Notes: generated from the sequence alone by a model not told the origin. A stretch of DNA of 64,000 nucleotides from Candidatus Aegiribacteria sp. (GCA_021108435.1 JAIOQY010000209.1:3864-67863); one strand, 5' to 3'. Numbered from the stretch's first letter, positions 27,770 to 37,924 are shown. Made by a program: numbers and translations.

Positions 27770-28678
27770 AGCTACTTTTCGCCATTCGTGTACGATCTGA
27801 CTTACTTCTGCCGCTCCAAGAAGAATCACGCACTCCCAGTAAAGCAGGAAGAACGTTGCCATAAGTCTGGCCATTGATCCGTAGACTACTCCCCATCCGG
27901 GATTACCGATCACCCACATATATATTTGAGTTCCAAGCCCGGTGAATACGGTTGCGATTAAAGTAGCGAGAAATACCTGACCTTTGCCCATTTTCCTGTT
28001 CGGAGCAGCCATAAAGAGAGTGAAAAAGAGCAGCATTGTAAATGTGATACCGAGAATCTGAGCCATTCCTCCACCGGTAAGGTGTCCTATAAGTGGCCAG
28101 TGTGATACAATATCGCCAAGCGGACTGTCAACGACCAGCCTAGCCATTGTGGAAAAGATAACCGCTGAGATAAAACAGACCGCCACGAGAAGCGCAAGGA
28201 CAAAATCATACAGCTTTCCCAGAACGACATTCCGTCCTCTTGGAACTTCGAAGATCTTATCAAACGCTGTTCGAATAGTGCCGAACAGTCTGCTTACAAG
28301 CCATAGAAGAAAGAGAAAACCGACTATTCCCGGAATACCGGCATTTCCTGAAGATATTGCACCCTCGATTTCATTTCTTGTAGAGACAGGAATAAGGGGA
28401 TTCGCGGTATCAAGCCAGTTCTGCAACCCACGCTGCAGTTCGACATCCTTCTGAAGCGCAATCCCGCTTAACATCAGAATCATCAATCCAAGCGGCAGAA
28501 TTGTTATCAGAACATTGAATGAAATAGCGGCAGCGGAGAAAAAAACGCTGTCATCATTCCATTTGTTATAAAGCCGTCTTCCAAAGAATCTGAGAAAAAC
28601 CCATGATCTGAAAAGTAATCGTCTGAAAAGCGTTAACAGATCCTGAAGCCGGAGGGGTATTCCATTCAGGAGATTCAG
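27746..28678 (-). CDS. yihY: YihY/BrkB-family inner-membrane protein; N-terminus probably extends upstream of the ORF-track start (TTG 28486) and initiates at a non-canonical codon
   Basis: In-frame upstream translation ...FRSWVFLRFFGRRLYNKWNDDSVFFSAAAISFNVLITILPLGLM matches the conserved YihY N-terminus. No ATG/GTG/TTG lies in frame back to a TGA. Candidate CTG starts are at 28678 (GGTGGA 8 nt upstream), 28669 and 28639. Confidence 0.6.
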   Translation of the reverse strand: MNLLNGIPLRLQDLLTLFRRLLFRSWVFLRFFGRRLYNKWNDDSVFFSAAAISFNVLITILPLGLMILMLSGIALQKDVELQRGLQNWLDTANPLIPVSTRNEIEGAISSGNAGIPGIVGFLFLLWLVSRLFGTIRTAFDKIFEVPRGRNVVLGKLYDFVLALLVAVCFISAVIFSTMARLVVDSPLGDIVSHWPLIGHLTGGGMAQILGITFTMLLFFTLFMAAPNRKMGKGQVFLATLIATVFTGLGTQIYMWVIGNPGWGVVYGSMARLMATFFLLYWECVILLGAAEVSQIVHEWRKVASVMSSVK

Positions 28679-28680
28679 AA

Positions 28681-30516
28681 TTATTCCACCGTTACGCTCT
28701 TGGCCAGATTCCTGGGTTTGTCAACATCACATCCCCTGCTTACCGCAATGTGGTATGACAGAAGCTGCAGAGGAATCACTGTCAATAGCGGCACAAGCAT
28801 ATCAGACGTTTCAGGTACCCGTATCACCCAGTCGGAAACCGATTCAATATCGATATCTCCATCTGTGGCAATTGCCAGTACTCTGCCATGCCTTGCTTTA
28901 ACCTGCTCAATATTCGAAATCACTTTGTCATATGCGGCACCTTTTACGGCAATAACCGCAATAGGCATCATTTCATCGATAAGAGCAATTGGGCCATGTT
29001 TCATCTCAGCCGCGGGATACCCTTCCGCATGAATGTAGGATATCTCCTTGAGCTTCAATGCGCCCTCAAGCGCGACCGGGTAGTTAACTCCCCGCCCCAG
29101 ATAGAGGAAATTATTAACGTATGTGAATTCTCTGGCTATTTCCGCTATTTCACTGGAGTTATCCAGGATTTTCGCTACTTTCTCCGGTATGGCTATGATC
29201 TGCCGAGTGAATTCCAATCCCTGCTTCCTGTTCAGAATGTTCCTTGCCCGGCCAAACGCGAGAGAAATCAGACTGAGCACCATAACCTGCGAAGTGAAAG
29301 CCTTTGTGGAAGCAACTCCGATCTCCGGACCGGCATGAATGTATACTCCGGCATCAGTCTCCCGAGCGATAGTTGAGCCTACAACATTTACAATACCAAG
29401 AGTCCTGCATTTCCTCTTTGCGGCCAGTCGGAGAGCTGCAAGTGTGTCTGCTGTCTCACCACTCTGACTGATAACTATCATCACAGTGCCGGGTGTCAGA
29501 ACAGGATCTCTATATCTGAATTCTGATGCGTACTCCACCTGCACTGGTATTCTGGAAAGTGCTTCTATCAGATACTTTCCGATCAGCGCGGCATGCCAGG
29601 AAGTACCACAGGCAGTTATGACTATTCTGTCAATCGATCGCATCTCTTCTTCTGACATGTTCAATCCGCCGAGATGAGCTGTGCCCTGTTCAAGATCAAG
29701 CCTGCCTCTGAATGCATTCGAGAGGGACTCGGGCTGACTGTATATCTCCTTGAGCATGAAGTGGGTGTATCCATCCTTCTCAATTTCAGTGATATCCCAG
29801 TCAACGTACTCAATCCTCTCACGAATGAGCGATGAGTGCCCGTTATCAGATGATATACCCTTAAGATCTATTTTTATAACCTCGCCCTCCTCAAGGTAGA
29901 TAACTTCACGAGTATGGGAAACAATCGCGGCTACGTCGCTGGTCACGAAATACTCACCGTCACCGATACCGGCGACAAGAGGGCTTCCGTAGCGGGCAGC
30001 AACGAGAGTATCGGGTTCATCCGCAGACAGAACTACAATACCGTAAGTACCGTGTACCCGCGCAAGCGCATCCTTCACGGCAGTGAAAAGATCCTTACCC
30101 TTACCGACTTCCTGACTTATCAGCATAGGTAGTATTTCTGAATCCGTATCTGTTTCGAAGTGAACTCCTTCTTTCTGGAGTTCTTTTCTGAGAGCCTTGA
30201 AATTCTCTATGATCCCGTTGTGAACCACGGAGATCCTGCCCGCTTCATCAGAAAGAGGATGTGCGTTCTTATAGGATGGTTCTCCGTGTGTTGCCCACCG
30301 TGTATGAGCAATTCCTACTGTAGATGATGCGGCGTTTCCAGGATCGATTGCTTCAAGTTCGCTTACGCGTCCCTGGCATTTCATGCAAACAAGTTCATCG
30401 GGCAGCTGGAGGGAATATCCCGCTGAATCGTAGCCCCGGTACTCCAGACGTTTTAACCCTGCAAGGAGTACTTCTCTCGCGGGTTCGCTGCCAACATATC
30501 CGACTATTCCACACAT
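28681..30516 (-). CDS. glmS: glutamine--fructose-6-phosphate aminotransferase (isomerizing)
   Basis: MCGIVGYVG... Ntn-amidotransferase N-terminus, two SIS domains, ends ...KSVTVE. 611 aa. Confidence 0.95.
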   Translation of the reverse strand: MCGIVGYVGSEPAREVLLAGLKRLEYRGYDSAGYSLQLPDELVCMKCQGRVSELEAIDPGNAASSTVGIAHTRWATHGEPSYKNAHPLSDEAGRISVVHNGIIENFKALRKELQKEGVHFETDTDSEILPMLISQEVGKGKDLFTAVKDALARVHGTYGIVVLSADEPDTLVAARYGSPLVAGIGDGEYFVTSDVAAIVSHTREVIYLEEGEVIKIDLKGISSDNGHSSLIRERIEYVDWDITEIEKDGYTHFMLKEIYSQPESLSNAFRGRLDLEQGTAHLGGLNMSEEEMRSIDRIVITACGTSWHAALIGKYLIEALSRIPVQVEYASEFRYRDPVLTPGTVMIVISQSGETADTLAALRLAAKRKCRTLGIVNVVGSTIARETDAGVYIHAGPEIGVASTKAFTSQVMVLSLISLAFGRARNILNRKQGLEFTRQIIAIPEKVAKILDNSSEIAEIAREFTYVNNFLYLGRGVNYPVALEGALKLKEISYIHAEGYPAAEMKHGPIALIDEMMPIAVIAVKGAAYDKVISNIEQVKARHGRVLAIATDGDIDIESVSDWVIRVPETSDMLVPLLTVIPLQLLSYHIAVSRGCDVDKPRNLAKSVTVE

Positions 30517-31850
30517 ATTTTCTCCATTACTCCCCTGAAAGACCGAAAATCCTTTTCAATAGCATCTCTGTTCGCGTTCTCCGCGATAAATCTGACCACG
30601 GGTTCAGTACCGGATGGTCTAATATGCATCCAGCCTTTCTCTCTCACATACCATAGACCATCACGGATATCATCAGCCTGACCATACTCCCTCTCGAAGC
30701 CTTCGATTGCCCGATCAAATTCCCCGATCAGAGGGATCTTATATTTGAACATCGCATAGGATGGAAAACTGTCAACCCAGGATCCGATGGTCGCTCCCGG
30801 ATTGCTTCTGAGGAATGATATCGCGCAGGCCATTGCAACGCCGCTGTCACGCCCCGAATGACAGATCCTGTCGATTACTCCTCCATTCCCCTCGCCGCCT
30901 ATCAGGGCGTCCCGCATTTCCATTTCCTCGACAACATTCACCTCTCCTACAGGACTGCGAAATACTCGGCAGCCATGTCTTTCTGCGGCATCTTCAGCAA
31001 GCCTGGAAGTAGAGAGATTAACAACAGCATTTCCAGGTCTTGAAGCAAGTACATAATCTATTGCAAGGGCAACAGTATAATCCTCACCGATAATTCTGCC
31101 GTTCTCATCTATCAGCGCGAGTCTGTCCCCATCCGGATCAAAGGCAAATCCAATGTCCGCGTTCTCTCTGATAACCGCTTCTGACAGCTGTTTCAAGCTG
31201 TCAATATTCGGTTCGGCAACTCTGGGGAAATCACCCTCCTTCGTCATGAATGGATTGATAACAACAGAGTCGATACCAAGTTCCTCCATAAGTTCGACTG
31301 CAAATTCGGCAGCCGCTCCGCCGGTAACATCAAGAACAGCCTTAAAACGTTTCCCCTGCGATACTATCCAGGGAATATCGAGTATCGTTTCAATGTGCCG
31401 CTCTATGGATCCGGGACGGTCAGAAGGAATTCCTACAGACCTGTAATCGACCCAGTTAACATCTTCATCAAGTATGTTCATCAATCTGGTTCTATCATCA
31501 CCTCGAAGGAAAACACCATCAGAACCAATAAGTTTCAGAGCGTTCCATTCCCCTGGATTATGGCTGGATGTGATAGAGATGCCCCCACGGACAGAATCAT
31601 CCATTGCTTCAAGCTGAACAGTTGGTGTTGGAACAATTCCCAGATGAAGAGGATTGCATCCAACGGCCATAAGACCTGCTGATACAGCGGCTTCAACTGC
31701 GGGGCCGCTTCTTCGCGTATCTCGCCCGATAACGATATTCCCTCTGCCTGCGAGGACGCCGAAAGCGGAAGCGAATTCTGCAGCATTCCTGACAGTCAGA
31801 GATCTGCCGAATATACCCCTGATGCCGGAACCACTAATAATCGGTTTCAT
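30504..31850 (-). CDS. phosphohexomutase (phosphoglucosamine mutase/phosphomannomutase family), likely GlmM given its position upstream of glmS
   Basis: GISITSSHNPGEWNALKLIG (active-site Ser loop) and ...FDPDGDRL.... 448 aa. Confidence 0.75.
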   Translation of the reverse strand: MKPIISGSGIRGIFGRSLTVRNAAEFASAFGVLAGRGNIVIGRDTRRSGPAVEAAVSAGLMAVGCNPLHLGIVPTPTVQLEAMDDSVRGGISITSSHNPGEWNALKLIGSDGVFLRGDDRTRLMNILDEDVNWVDYRSVGIPSDRPGSIERHIETILDIPWIVSQGKRFKAVLDVTGGAAAEFAVELMEELGIDSVVINPFMTKEGDFPRVAEPNIDSLKQLSEAVIRENADIGFAFDPDGDRLALIDENGRIIGEDYTVALAIDYVLASRPGNAVVNLSTSRLAEDAAERHGCRVFRSPVGEVNVVEEMEMRDALIGGEGNGGVIDRICHSGRDSGVAMACAISFLRSNPGATIGSWVDSFPSYAMFKYKIPLIGEFDRAIEGFEREYGQADDIRDGLWYVREKGWMHIRPSGTEPVVRFIAENANRDAIEKDFRSFRGVMEKICVE

Positions 31851-31871
31851 ATATAATCCCTGAAAAAATGA

Positions 31872-31947
31872 CTGGAGCCGGCGAACGGAATCGAACCGTT
31901 GACCTGCGCATTACGAATGCGCTGCTCTGCCAGCTGAGCTACGCCGG
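31872..31947 (-). tRNA. tRNA-Thr (anticodon CGU), CCA encoded
   Basis: Manual fold: acceptor GCCGGCG/CGCCGGC; TAGCTCAGCTGGCAGAGCA D-arm; anticodon stem GCGCA/TGCGC with loop TTCGTAA; T-arm AACGG-TTCGATT-CCGTT; discriminator U; CCA. Confidence 0.85.
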
Positions 31948-31995
31948 CTCCGAAACAAGAGATATTAACGGTTAGCATGAAAAACGTCAACAATC

Positions 31996-32637
31996 TCAGA
32001 AGATAGACTCCTCACTTCCGAAAATACTGACTGGAAATGTGATGCAGAACTGCGAGTTGCTCAGATCCGTTTCCGCAGCAGGATAGACAGTTGATTCTAC
32101 TTCATCAATAATTGCGTTATCTGTCTTCAGGTCAGCAAAGCAATGTCTGTATTCCAGTCTTCCCGATATCGGTCCCACAAGGACGACCTCAGCGCCGATC
32201 GCGAAAGAAAAACCTGCAGCACTTCCATCAGCTTCAACGTACTCCCCGAATTCATCAGAACCGCTGTACTTACCAGTGATATATACTCCTCCGGCTCCGG
32301 CAAAGACTGAAAAATCCTTCATTAAATGATAACTTGCGAGCGGCATGATGGAAATGAGAAAAGCACTGAGTTCACCATCCCATTCAGCCGGACCGGAATC
32401 CTTCCAGAAATACTCACCCGATACTCTGAAGTCCAGTATTCCAGGAGCATCGATATCTACAGCAAGACCTACTGTAGTTCCCGGTGTCAGAAATCTTTCT
32501 CCATAGTCATCATCCAAAGGCTCAAGATTTGAGATCATAGGACCTGCGCTGACGGAAATCCCGTCAGATGCAGAAGTATCGGATACAGTTGACATAAGAA
32601 CACTGAGTATTGCTGCAACCAGGGTCAGCTTCATCAT
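31996..32637 (-). CDS. small outer-membrane beta-barrel protein (OmpW/OmpA-beta-barrel-like)
   Basis: Signal peptide MMKLTLVAAILSVLMSTVS. Alternating beta-strand pattern. Terminal ...SEESIF. Confidence 0.5.
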   Translation of the reverse strand: MMKLTLVAAILSVLMSTVSDTSASDGISVSAGPMISNLEPLDDDYGERFLTPGTTVGLAVDIDAPGILDFRVSGEYFWKDSGPAEWDGELSAFLISIMPLASYHLMKDFSVFAGAGGVYITGKYSGSDEFGEYVEADGSAAGFSFAIGAEVVLVGPISGRLEYRHCFADLKTDNAIIDEVESTVYPAAETDLSNSQFCITFPVSIFGSEESIF

Positions 32638-33125
32638 CTATCTCCTCCTGAGAATTCTTTCCGGATATGATTCAGCAATCCGCCATCAGCAAGAATCGAG
32701 AGCATTTCATGTGGAAGAGCGGGAAAATCAAATGCTTTGTTTCCTATTTTTATTATACCGCCCGCAGGATCAACTTCGACCTCGTCTCCTTCATTATAGG
32801 CTTCAACAGCTTCAGGACTCTGTACAAGAAGAAGCCCCTGATTTATCGCACTTCTGTAGAATATTCTCGCAAATGACCTGGCTATAACCGCTTTCACTCC
32901 AACATATCGAAGGCCAAGAGATGGTTGTTCTCTGCTGGATCCGCATCCGAAATTATCTCCCGCAATTATGATATCTCCGGATTCTACTGACTCCGCGAAT
33001 GCGGGATCAAGATCCTCAAGCAGATGCTCGCGGATCTCAGGACCTGTGGAGCAGGTATATGTGTATTTACCCGGGAAGAGCAGATCGGTGTTGATATCAT
33101 TCTGCCTGTAACAAAACACTTGCAT
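32634..33125 (-). CDS. leuD: 3-isopropylmalate/homoaconitate-type dehydratase small subunit (archaeal-type LeuD)
   Basis: MQVFCYRQNDINTDLLFPGKY...IIAGDNFGCGSSREQ.... ATG overlaps the leuC stop as TAATG. Confidence 0.75.
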   Translation of the reverse strand: MQVFCYRQNDINTDLLFPGKYTYTCSTGPEIREHLLEDLDPAFAESVESGDIIIAGDNFGCGSSREQPSLGLRYVGVKAVIARSFARIFYRSAINQGLLLVQSPEAVEAYNEGDEVEVDPAGGIIKIGNKAFDFPALPHEMLSILADGGLLNHIRKEFSGGDR

Positions 33126-34381
33126 TACAGCACCTCCCTGGGATCTGTGATTCTGCCGGTTATGGAGGATGCTGCAGCTGTCTCCGGGCTGGAGAGGTAA
33201 ATCTCGGCATCCTTCTCCCCCATTCGACCCTTGAAATTCCTGTTTGCTGTTGACAGACACTTCTCGTCAGGTGCCAGAGCCCCCTGGTGAGCACCAAGAC
33301 AGGGACCGCAACCCGGAGGAAGAATCACCGCTCCGGCTTCAACAAAGTCCTGAATAAGTCCCATCTGCATAGCTTTCAGGTATTCTTTTCTGGACGCAGG
33401 ACCGACAAGCAGTCGAACATCGCTGTGAACGGTATGACCCCGCAGGATTGAAAGCGCGGCTTGAAAATCCTCCACGCGTCCATTCGTGCATGTTCCGATA
33501 AAAACCTGATCTATTCCGATATCTTGAAGCTCCTGAATCGGAAGCACATTATCAACCTGGTGCGGACAGGCAACCACAGGAACGATATCCGCAAGATCAT
33601 ATTCAAACAACTTAGTGTACTTCGCATTGTGATCACTCCAGAGTGCCGCGCTAATGTCAACTCCTATGGTTTCCAGGTATCTGTTAGTTACCGAATCGGT
33701 CGGGAATGCAGCAATCTTGGCACCCATTTCGATTCCCATATTAGCAATTGTCATTCTATCGCAGATCCTCAAACCGGCTACCGCGGGACCATTGAATTCC
33801 ACAGCCATATAATTAGCCCCGCCGGCGCCGATATCACCAATAATCGTAAGAATAAGATCTTTTGCAGTAACTCCGGCAGTAAAACCGCCGGTGATATCAA
33901 TATTTATCGTTTCAGGTACCTTGAACCATGTTTTACCGGTTATCCAGATACCTGCTGCCTCAGTCCGGTCTATGCCTGTCGCGAAACAGTTGAATGCGCC
34001 GTAAGTACAAGTATGACTGTCACTGCCTACAACAATTGATCCGGGTTTAACAAGCCCCATCTCCGGCATGACCTGGTGACATATACCAGTCCCGATGTCG
34101 TAGAAATGTCTGATATCCTGCTCCTGGACGAATGTCCTGATTTTCCTGTGACCGGCGGCATTCTTGCTTGAAGCAGCGGGAATGACATGATCAAGAACAA
34201 TGGCAAGTCTTTCCGGATATCGTACTTTACTGCCCGGGACTGTTGCTTCGAATTTTCCGATTATCGCAGAACTGTTATCGTGCGTAAGCACATAGTCAGG
34301 TTCCACGAATATGATCTCCCCCTCCAGAACCTTTTTCCCGACAGCACGGCCAAGGATTTTCATCGCGAATGTTTCACCCAT
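33125..34381 (-). CDS. leuC: 3-isopropylmalate dehydratase large subunit (aconitase family, archaeal-type LeuC)
   Basis: ...LTHDNSSAIIGKF...GSDSHTCTYGAFN...GTCTNGRVED... Fe-S ligand pattern. 418 aa. Confidence 0.8.
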   Translation of the reverse strand: MGETFAMKILGRAVGKKVLEGEIIFVEPDYVLTHDNSSAIIGKFEATVPGSKVRYPERLAIVLDHVIPAASSKNAAGHRKIRTFVQEQDIRHFYDIGTGICHQVMPEMGLVKPGSIVVGSDSHTCTYGAFNCFATGIDRTEAAGIWITGKTWFKVPETINIDITGGFTAGVTAKDLILTIIGDIGAGGANYMAVEFNGPAVAGLRICDRMTIANMGIEMGAKIAAFPTDSVTNRYLETIGVDISAALWSDHNAKYTKLFEYDLADIVPVVACPHQVDNVLPIQELQDIGIDQVFIGTCTNGRVEDFQAALSILRGHTVHSDVRLLVGPASRKEYLKAMQMGLIQDFVEAGAVILPPGCGPCLGAHQGALAPDEKCLSTANRNFKGRMGEKDAEIYLSSPETAAASSITGRITDPREVL

Positions 34382-34510
34382 AATTCAGAAACCTTTCATA
34401 AAGCAGAAGAAAACCTGCAGAAAATCAATTCATTATAGTATGAATTATACAACCGGTTCCTGGAGTAGTAACCCCGACCTGGAATGAAACATTCCTGATG
34501 ACAGGATCAG

Positions 34511-35983
34511 ATGAGATCAATTACGGGAAAAGAGAATATTGAGGATTCATGTGCGAATATACTCACAGATGAATCCAACCTGCCCGGAGCATGGTGCGAC
34601 AAAGCTGTCTGGCCTGAAACTGCGGAAGAAGTACAGGCGTTTGTACGCAACTCCGCGAAGAACAGAGTTCCAATCACGGTCTCGGGAGGACTAACAGGAA
34701 TCGCAGGGGGCGCACTGCCTGAAGGAGGCGCGGTTGTCTCAACATCATCCTTAAAAAAGATGGAATATGATGATGGGCTGATTACAGCCGAAGCAGGAGT
34801 AACGATCGAGGAACTCCACCGATTCGTTTCATCCACAGACGGGGAATTCTTCTACCCGCCGGATCCGACCGAAGATACCGCTTCTATCGGCGGTACCATC
34901 GCCACGGATGCATCGGGCGCAGACAGTTTTCTCTACGGCTCAACAAGAGAATGGATCAGAAAGCTCGAACTTGTTCTCCCCTCTGGAAAACTTCTGGAGA
35001 TAGAAAGGAATCAGTACAGATTTGAAGGTTTAACCTGCAGACACCCTGATATCGGAACCCTGATTCTGCCGGAACTCAGTAGAAAACAGCCGCCAAAGAA
35101 CGCTGCCGGGTATTATATGCATCCCGATATGGATCTGGTTGATCTGTTTATCGGCTCTGAGAGCACTCTGGGACTTATAACCAGAGCCTGGCTCAAGCTT
35201 GCTCCGGTTCCGTCTTTCCTGTTTGATCTGACGGTCTTCCCCGAGGATTTCACATCCTTCTGGAATCTGTTTGAAAATCTGTTCAATGCCGATGATTCGC
35301 TCAGAATAAGAGCAATAGAAATGATGGATGACCGCTGCATCGATTTCATCCGGTCTCATCCGGGAGACTTCCCTCTCCCTCCTGAGAATGCTCATTGCGC
35401 GCTTCTTCTAAGAGCAGAAGCGTACAATGACAACCAGCTGGATGAAGTGCTTATCAAGATGGATGAGATTCTGGAAAATTCGAATGTCAGCTCAGAGACC
35501 GCATGGGGTGGTTTTGAGCCTTCCGAACAAAAGAAAATACGCGATTTCAGGCATGCTCTGCCGGAATCAGTAAATCAAATGATTTCGGAAGCGAGAAGGG
35601 AGTGTCCATCCATCCACAAACTGGGTTCGGATGGAGCAGTGGAACCATCAAAACTCAAGGAGTATTATTTGAGAACAAGGAGCATTCTGGAAGAGAAGAA
35701 CCTGCCTTTTGTCATTTTCGGACATGCGGGACAGGGGCATATACACGCAAACGCGCTGCCGCACAACCTGGGGGAACTTGCGCTAGCTGAGGAGGCAATG
35801 CGTGAAATCGCTGCAGCAGCTGTTAAAATGGGGGGAACGGTTTCCGCGGAACATGGCCTTGGAAAACTGAAAATCGATTTACTGCACCTTATGTATACCG
35901 ACAGGGAAATTGATGGAATGGAAACGATCCGGCGGATCATCGACCCTGAATGTCTCTTCGCGCGGTCACTGAAATTCAGATGA
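34511..35983 (+). CDS. FAD-linked oxidase (GlcD / D-lactate dehydrogenase family)
   Basis: FAD-binding PCMH-type motif VSGGLTGIAGGALP. C-terminal FAD-oxidase_C-like region. 490 aa. Confidence 0.7.
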   Translation: MRSITGKENIEDSCANILTDESNLPGAWCDKAVWPETAEEVQAFVRNSAKNRVPITVSGGLTGIAGGALPEGGAVVSTSSLKKMEYDDGLITAEAGVTIEELHRFVSSTDGEFFYPPDPTEDTASIGGTIATDASGADSFLYGSTREWIRKLELVLPSGKLLEIERNQYRFEGLTCRHPDIGTLILPELSRKQPPKNAAGYYMHPDMDLVDLFIGSESTLGLITRAWLKLAPVPSFLFDLTVFPEDFTSFWNLFENLFNADDSLRIRAIEMMDDRCIDFIRSHPGDFPLPPENAHCALLLRAEAYNDNQLDEVLIKMDEILENSNVSSETAWGGFEPSEQKKIRDFRHALPESVNQMISEARRECPSIHKLGSDGAVEPSKLKEYYLRTRSILEEKNLPFVIFGHAGQGHIHANALPHNLGELALAEEAMREIAAAAVKMGGTVSAEHGLGKLKIDLLHLMYTDREIDGMETIRRIIDPECLFARSLKFR

Positions 35984-36351
35984 AAGAATTATCCAGAAGC
36001 ACAAGAGTCGGAAAAAAGCTGATACAGGGAAAAGATCGATTCCAGGCTTTTACAGTTCCGTGTAATAATCCGGATGATGTTCCCGACATTATAAGTCAAC
36101 TTTCATCCGGTCACCGCCTTCATAAGGCTTCTCATATCAGCTGGGCTCTCCGCCTGAAGTACAGCGATTCAATTCGGGAGGTAAAGAATGACGGTGGAGA
36201 GAACGGCGCTGGAAACTGCATACTGGAAATAATGCGCATAAAGAATGCCGTGAACACCCTTGTGGTTGTTGCGAGATGGTATGGCGGCAGACACCTCGGG
36301 GGACTGCGGTTCAGGATCTACAGGAACCTGACAGCGGATATACTACGATAA
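35980..36351 (+). CDS. YigZ/IMPACT-family (UPF0029) protein
   Basis: ...ASHISWALRL...DGGENGAGNCILEIMRIKNAVNTLVVVARWYGGRHLGGLRFRIY matches the IMPACT N-domain signature. Confidence 0.6.
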   Translation: MKELSRSTRVGKKLIQGKDRFQAFTVPCNNPDDVPDIISQLSSGHRLHKASHISWALRLKYSDSIREVKNDGGENGAGNCILEIMRIKNAVNTLVVVARWYGGRHLGGLRFRIYRNLTADILR

Positions 36352-36357
36352 CCCGCT

Positions 36358-36675
36358 CTACTCCCGCACATGCTCCAGACCAATGGATACAAGTGCTCTG
36401 ACATGATCGTCAGCAAGACTGTAGTAGATGTGCCTTCCCTCTCTTCTTCCGATAACGAGCCTTGCGGTTCGCAGCGATCGAAGCTGGTGTGAAACGGCTG
36501 ATACGCTCACATCCGATTGATCAGCCAGTTCACAGACGCATGTTTCCTCACCTTGAAGACTTATAAGAAGTCCGAGCCTTGTAGAATCAGACATCTGGTG
36601 GAAAAGCTCCGCAAGCAACAGAAGTTCCTCAGGATCAGGTCTCCTGATTCCACTACCGGTTGCTGTATCAGACAT
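36358..36675 (-). CDS. arsR: ArsR/SmtB-family metalloregulator with CVC metal(loid)-binding motif
   Basis: ...EETCVCELADQSDVSVSAVSHQLRSLRTARLV.... 105 aa. Confidence 0.8.
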   Translation of the reverse strand: MSDTATGSGIRRPDPEELLLLAELFHQMSDSTRLGLLISLQGEETCVCELADQSDVSVSAVSHQLRSLRTARLVIGRREGRHIYYSLADDHVRALVSIGLEHVRE

Positions 36676-37924
36676 AACGCTCCTCTCTGACAGTATATCC
36701 CGCCTCTTCTACTGCCCTGACAGCCATCACAGGATTGAAATCCCCGCTTCTGTCAATGTTGAGTAATGCATTCCCATCCGAAGCGGATACAGTCACACCC
36801 AGAACACCTGGAAGCTCTGAAAGAGCGTTTGTCACTTTCATCTCGCAGCTTGTGCATCCCATACCCTCAATCTTAATCTGAAATACGGAATCAGCTTTAT
36901 CATTCAGTGAAAGTTTCCTTAGATATTTGAGAATGTCATTTACAGCAAACCATGCTATGCCCGTAACGAGCAGAATTCCAGTTCCTGTCGTCATAGATGA
37001 AGTTATTGAATTCATTGAATGTCCGGTATGATGAATTCCTGACAGTGAAATATTCAGTGAATTCAGAACTCCACCCGCTGCAAGACTCACTCCGATAACA
37101 GTCAGAATGTAGATAAGGAAAACCCTTGTTCCAAGTGATTTCCGAACTGCTCCCATTGTTGCAGCGTTTGTTGCCGGTCCGGCCATCAGGAAGACCAGCG
37201 CGCTTCCAATTGGAAAACCGGCATAGATCAAACCTGCTGCAATGGGAACGGATGCAATTGAACAGACGTACAGCGGGATGCCTATAGCCAGAGCGGCAAT
37301 AAGACCCAGCGGACCTTCGAGGACAGTGTATTCGGAAAGCTGACCCGGTTCAAGAAATGTGGTTATCAGCGCTGATACGATTATTCCCAGTGCAAGCCAC
37401 CTGTAGATATCCCTGAATATCGACCCAAAGAAGTAATTCCATATTCTGTAAGGAATGGAGCCGGTTTCGATCTCGGAACAACCTATTGCCGTTCCGGCGT
37501 TCTCGAGTCCATTCCCTGTTTTATCCGCGATCGTCCCGCCGATCACTCCCGCCAGAAAAGCCGCTATAACCTTTGCGAGTGCCACAGGCCATCCCAGCAC
37601 TCCCCATGTAACCGCTATGGAATCAACACCTGTCTGAGGAGTGCTGATAAGGAATGATGTGACTGCACCCCTGGAAGCTCCATCCCTCCGGAGACCAAGA
37701 GCAGCTGGAAGAACACCGCACGAACATAGAGGAAGCGGAACACCGATAAGAGCCGCTTTCATGCTGCTTCTGAACCCCGGTCGGCCAAGATGAGAGGATA
37801 TCCTGTCCTTCTTGACAAACACATGCAGAACTCCGGCAATCAGCAGACCGAATATGAGCGACGGAGCAAGTGCCCGAATTGTGCTCCATACGGTATTTAT
37901 GAATTCCATCTGTCTGACCTCCAT
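36668..37924 (-). CDS. COG0701/DUF318 (ArsP-like) permease fused to a C-terminal heavy-metal-associated (HMA) domain
   Basis: Polytopic. GVPLPLCSCGVLPAA is the ArsP-type CSC motif. C-terminus IKIEGMGCTSCEMKVTNALSELPGVLGVTV is an HMA GMxCxxC domain. Overlaps arsR by 8 nt. Confidence 0.7.
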   Translation of the reverse strand: MEVRQMEFINTVWSTIRALAPSLIFGLLIAGVLHVFVKKDRISSHLGRPGFRSSMKAALIGVPLPLCSCGVLPAALGLRRDGASRGAVTSFLISTPQTGVDSIAVTWGVLGWPVALAKVIAAFLAGVIGGTIADKTGNGLENAGTAIGCSEIETGSIPYRIWNYFFGSIFRDIYRWLALGIIVSALITTFLEPGQLSEYTVLEGPLGLIAALAIGIPLYVCSIASVPIAAGLIYAGFPIGSALVFLMAGPATNAATMGAVRKSLGTRVFLIYILTVIGVSLAAGGVLNSLNISLSGIHHTGHSMNSITSSMTTGTGILLVTGIAWFAVNDILKYLRKLSLNDKADSVFQIKIEGMGCTSCEMKVTNALSELPGVLGVTVSASDGNALLNIDRSGDFNPVMAVRAVEEAGYTVREERYV

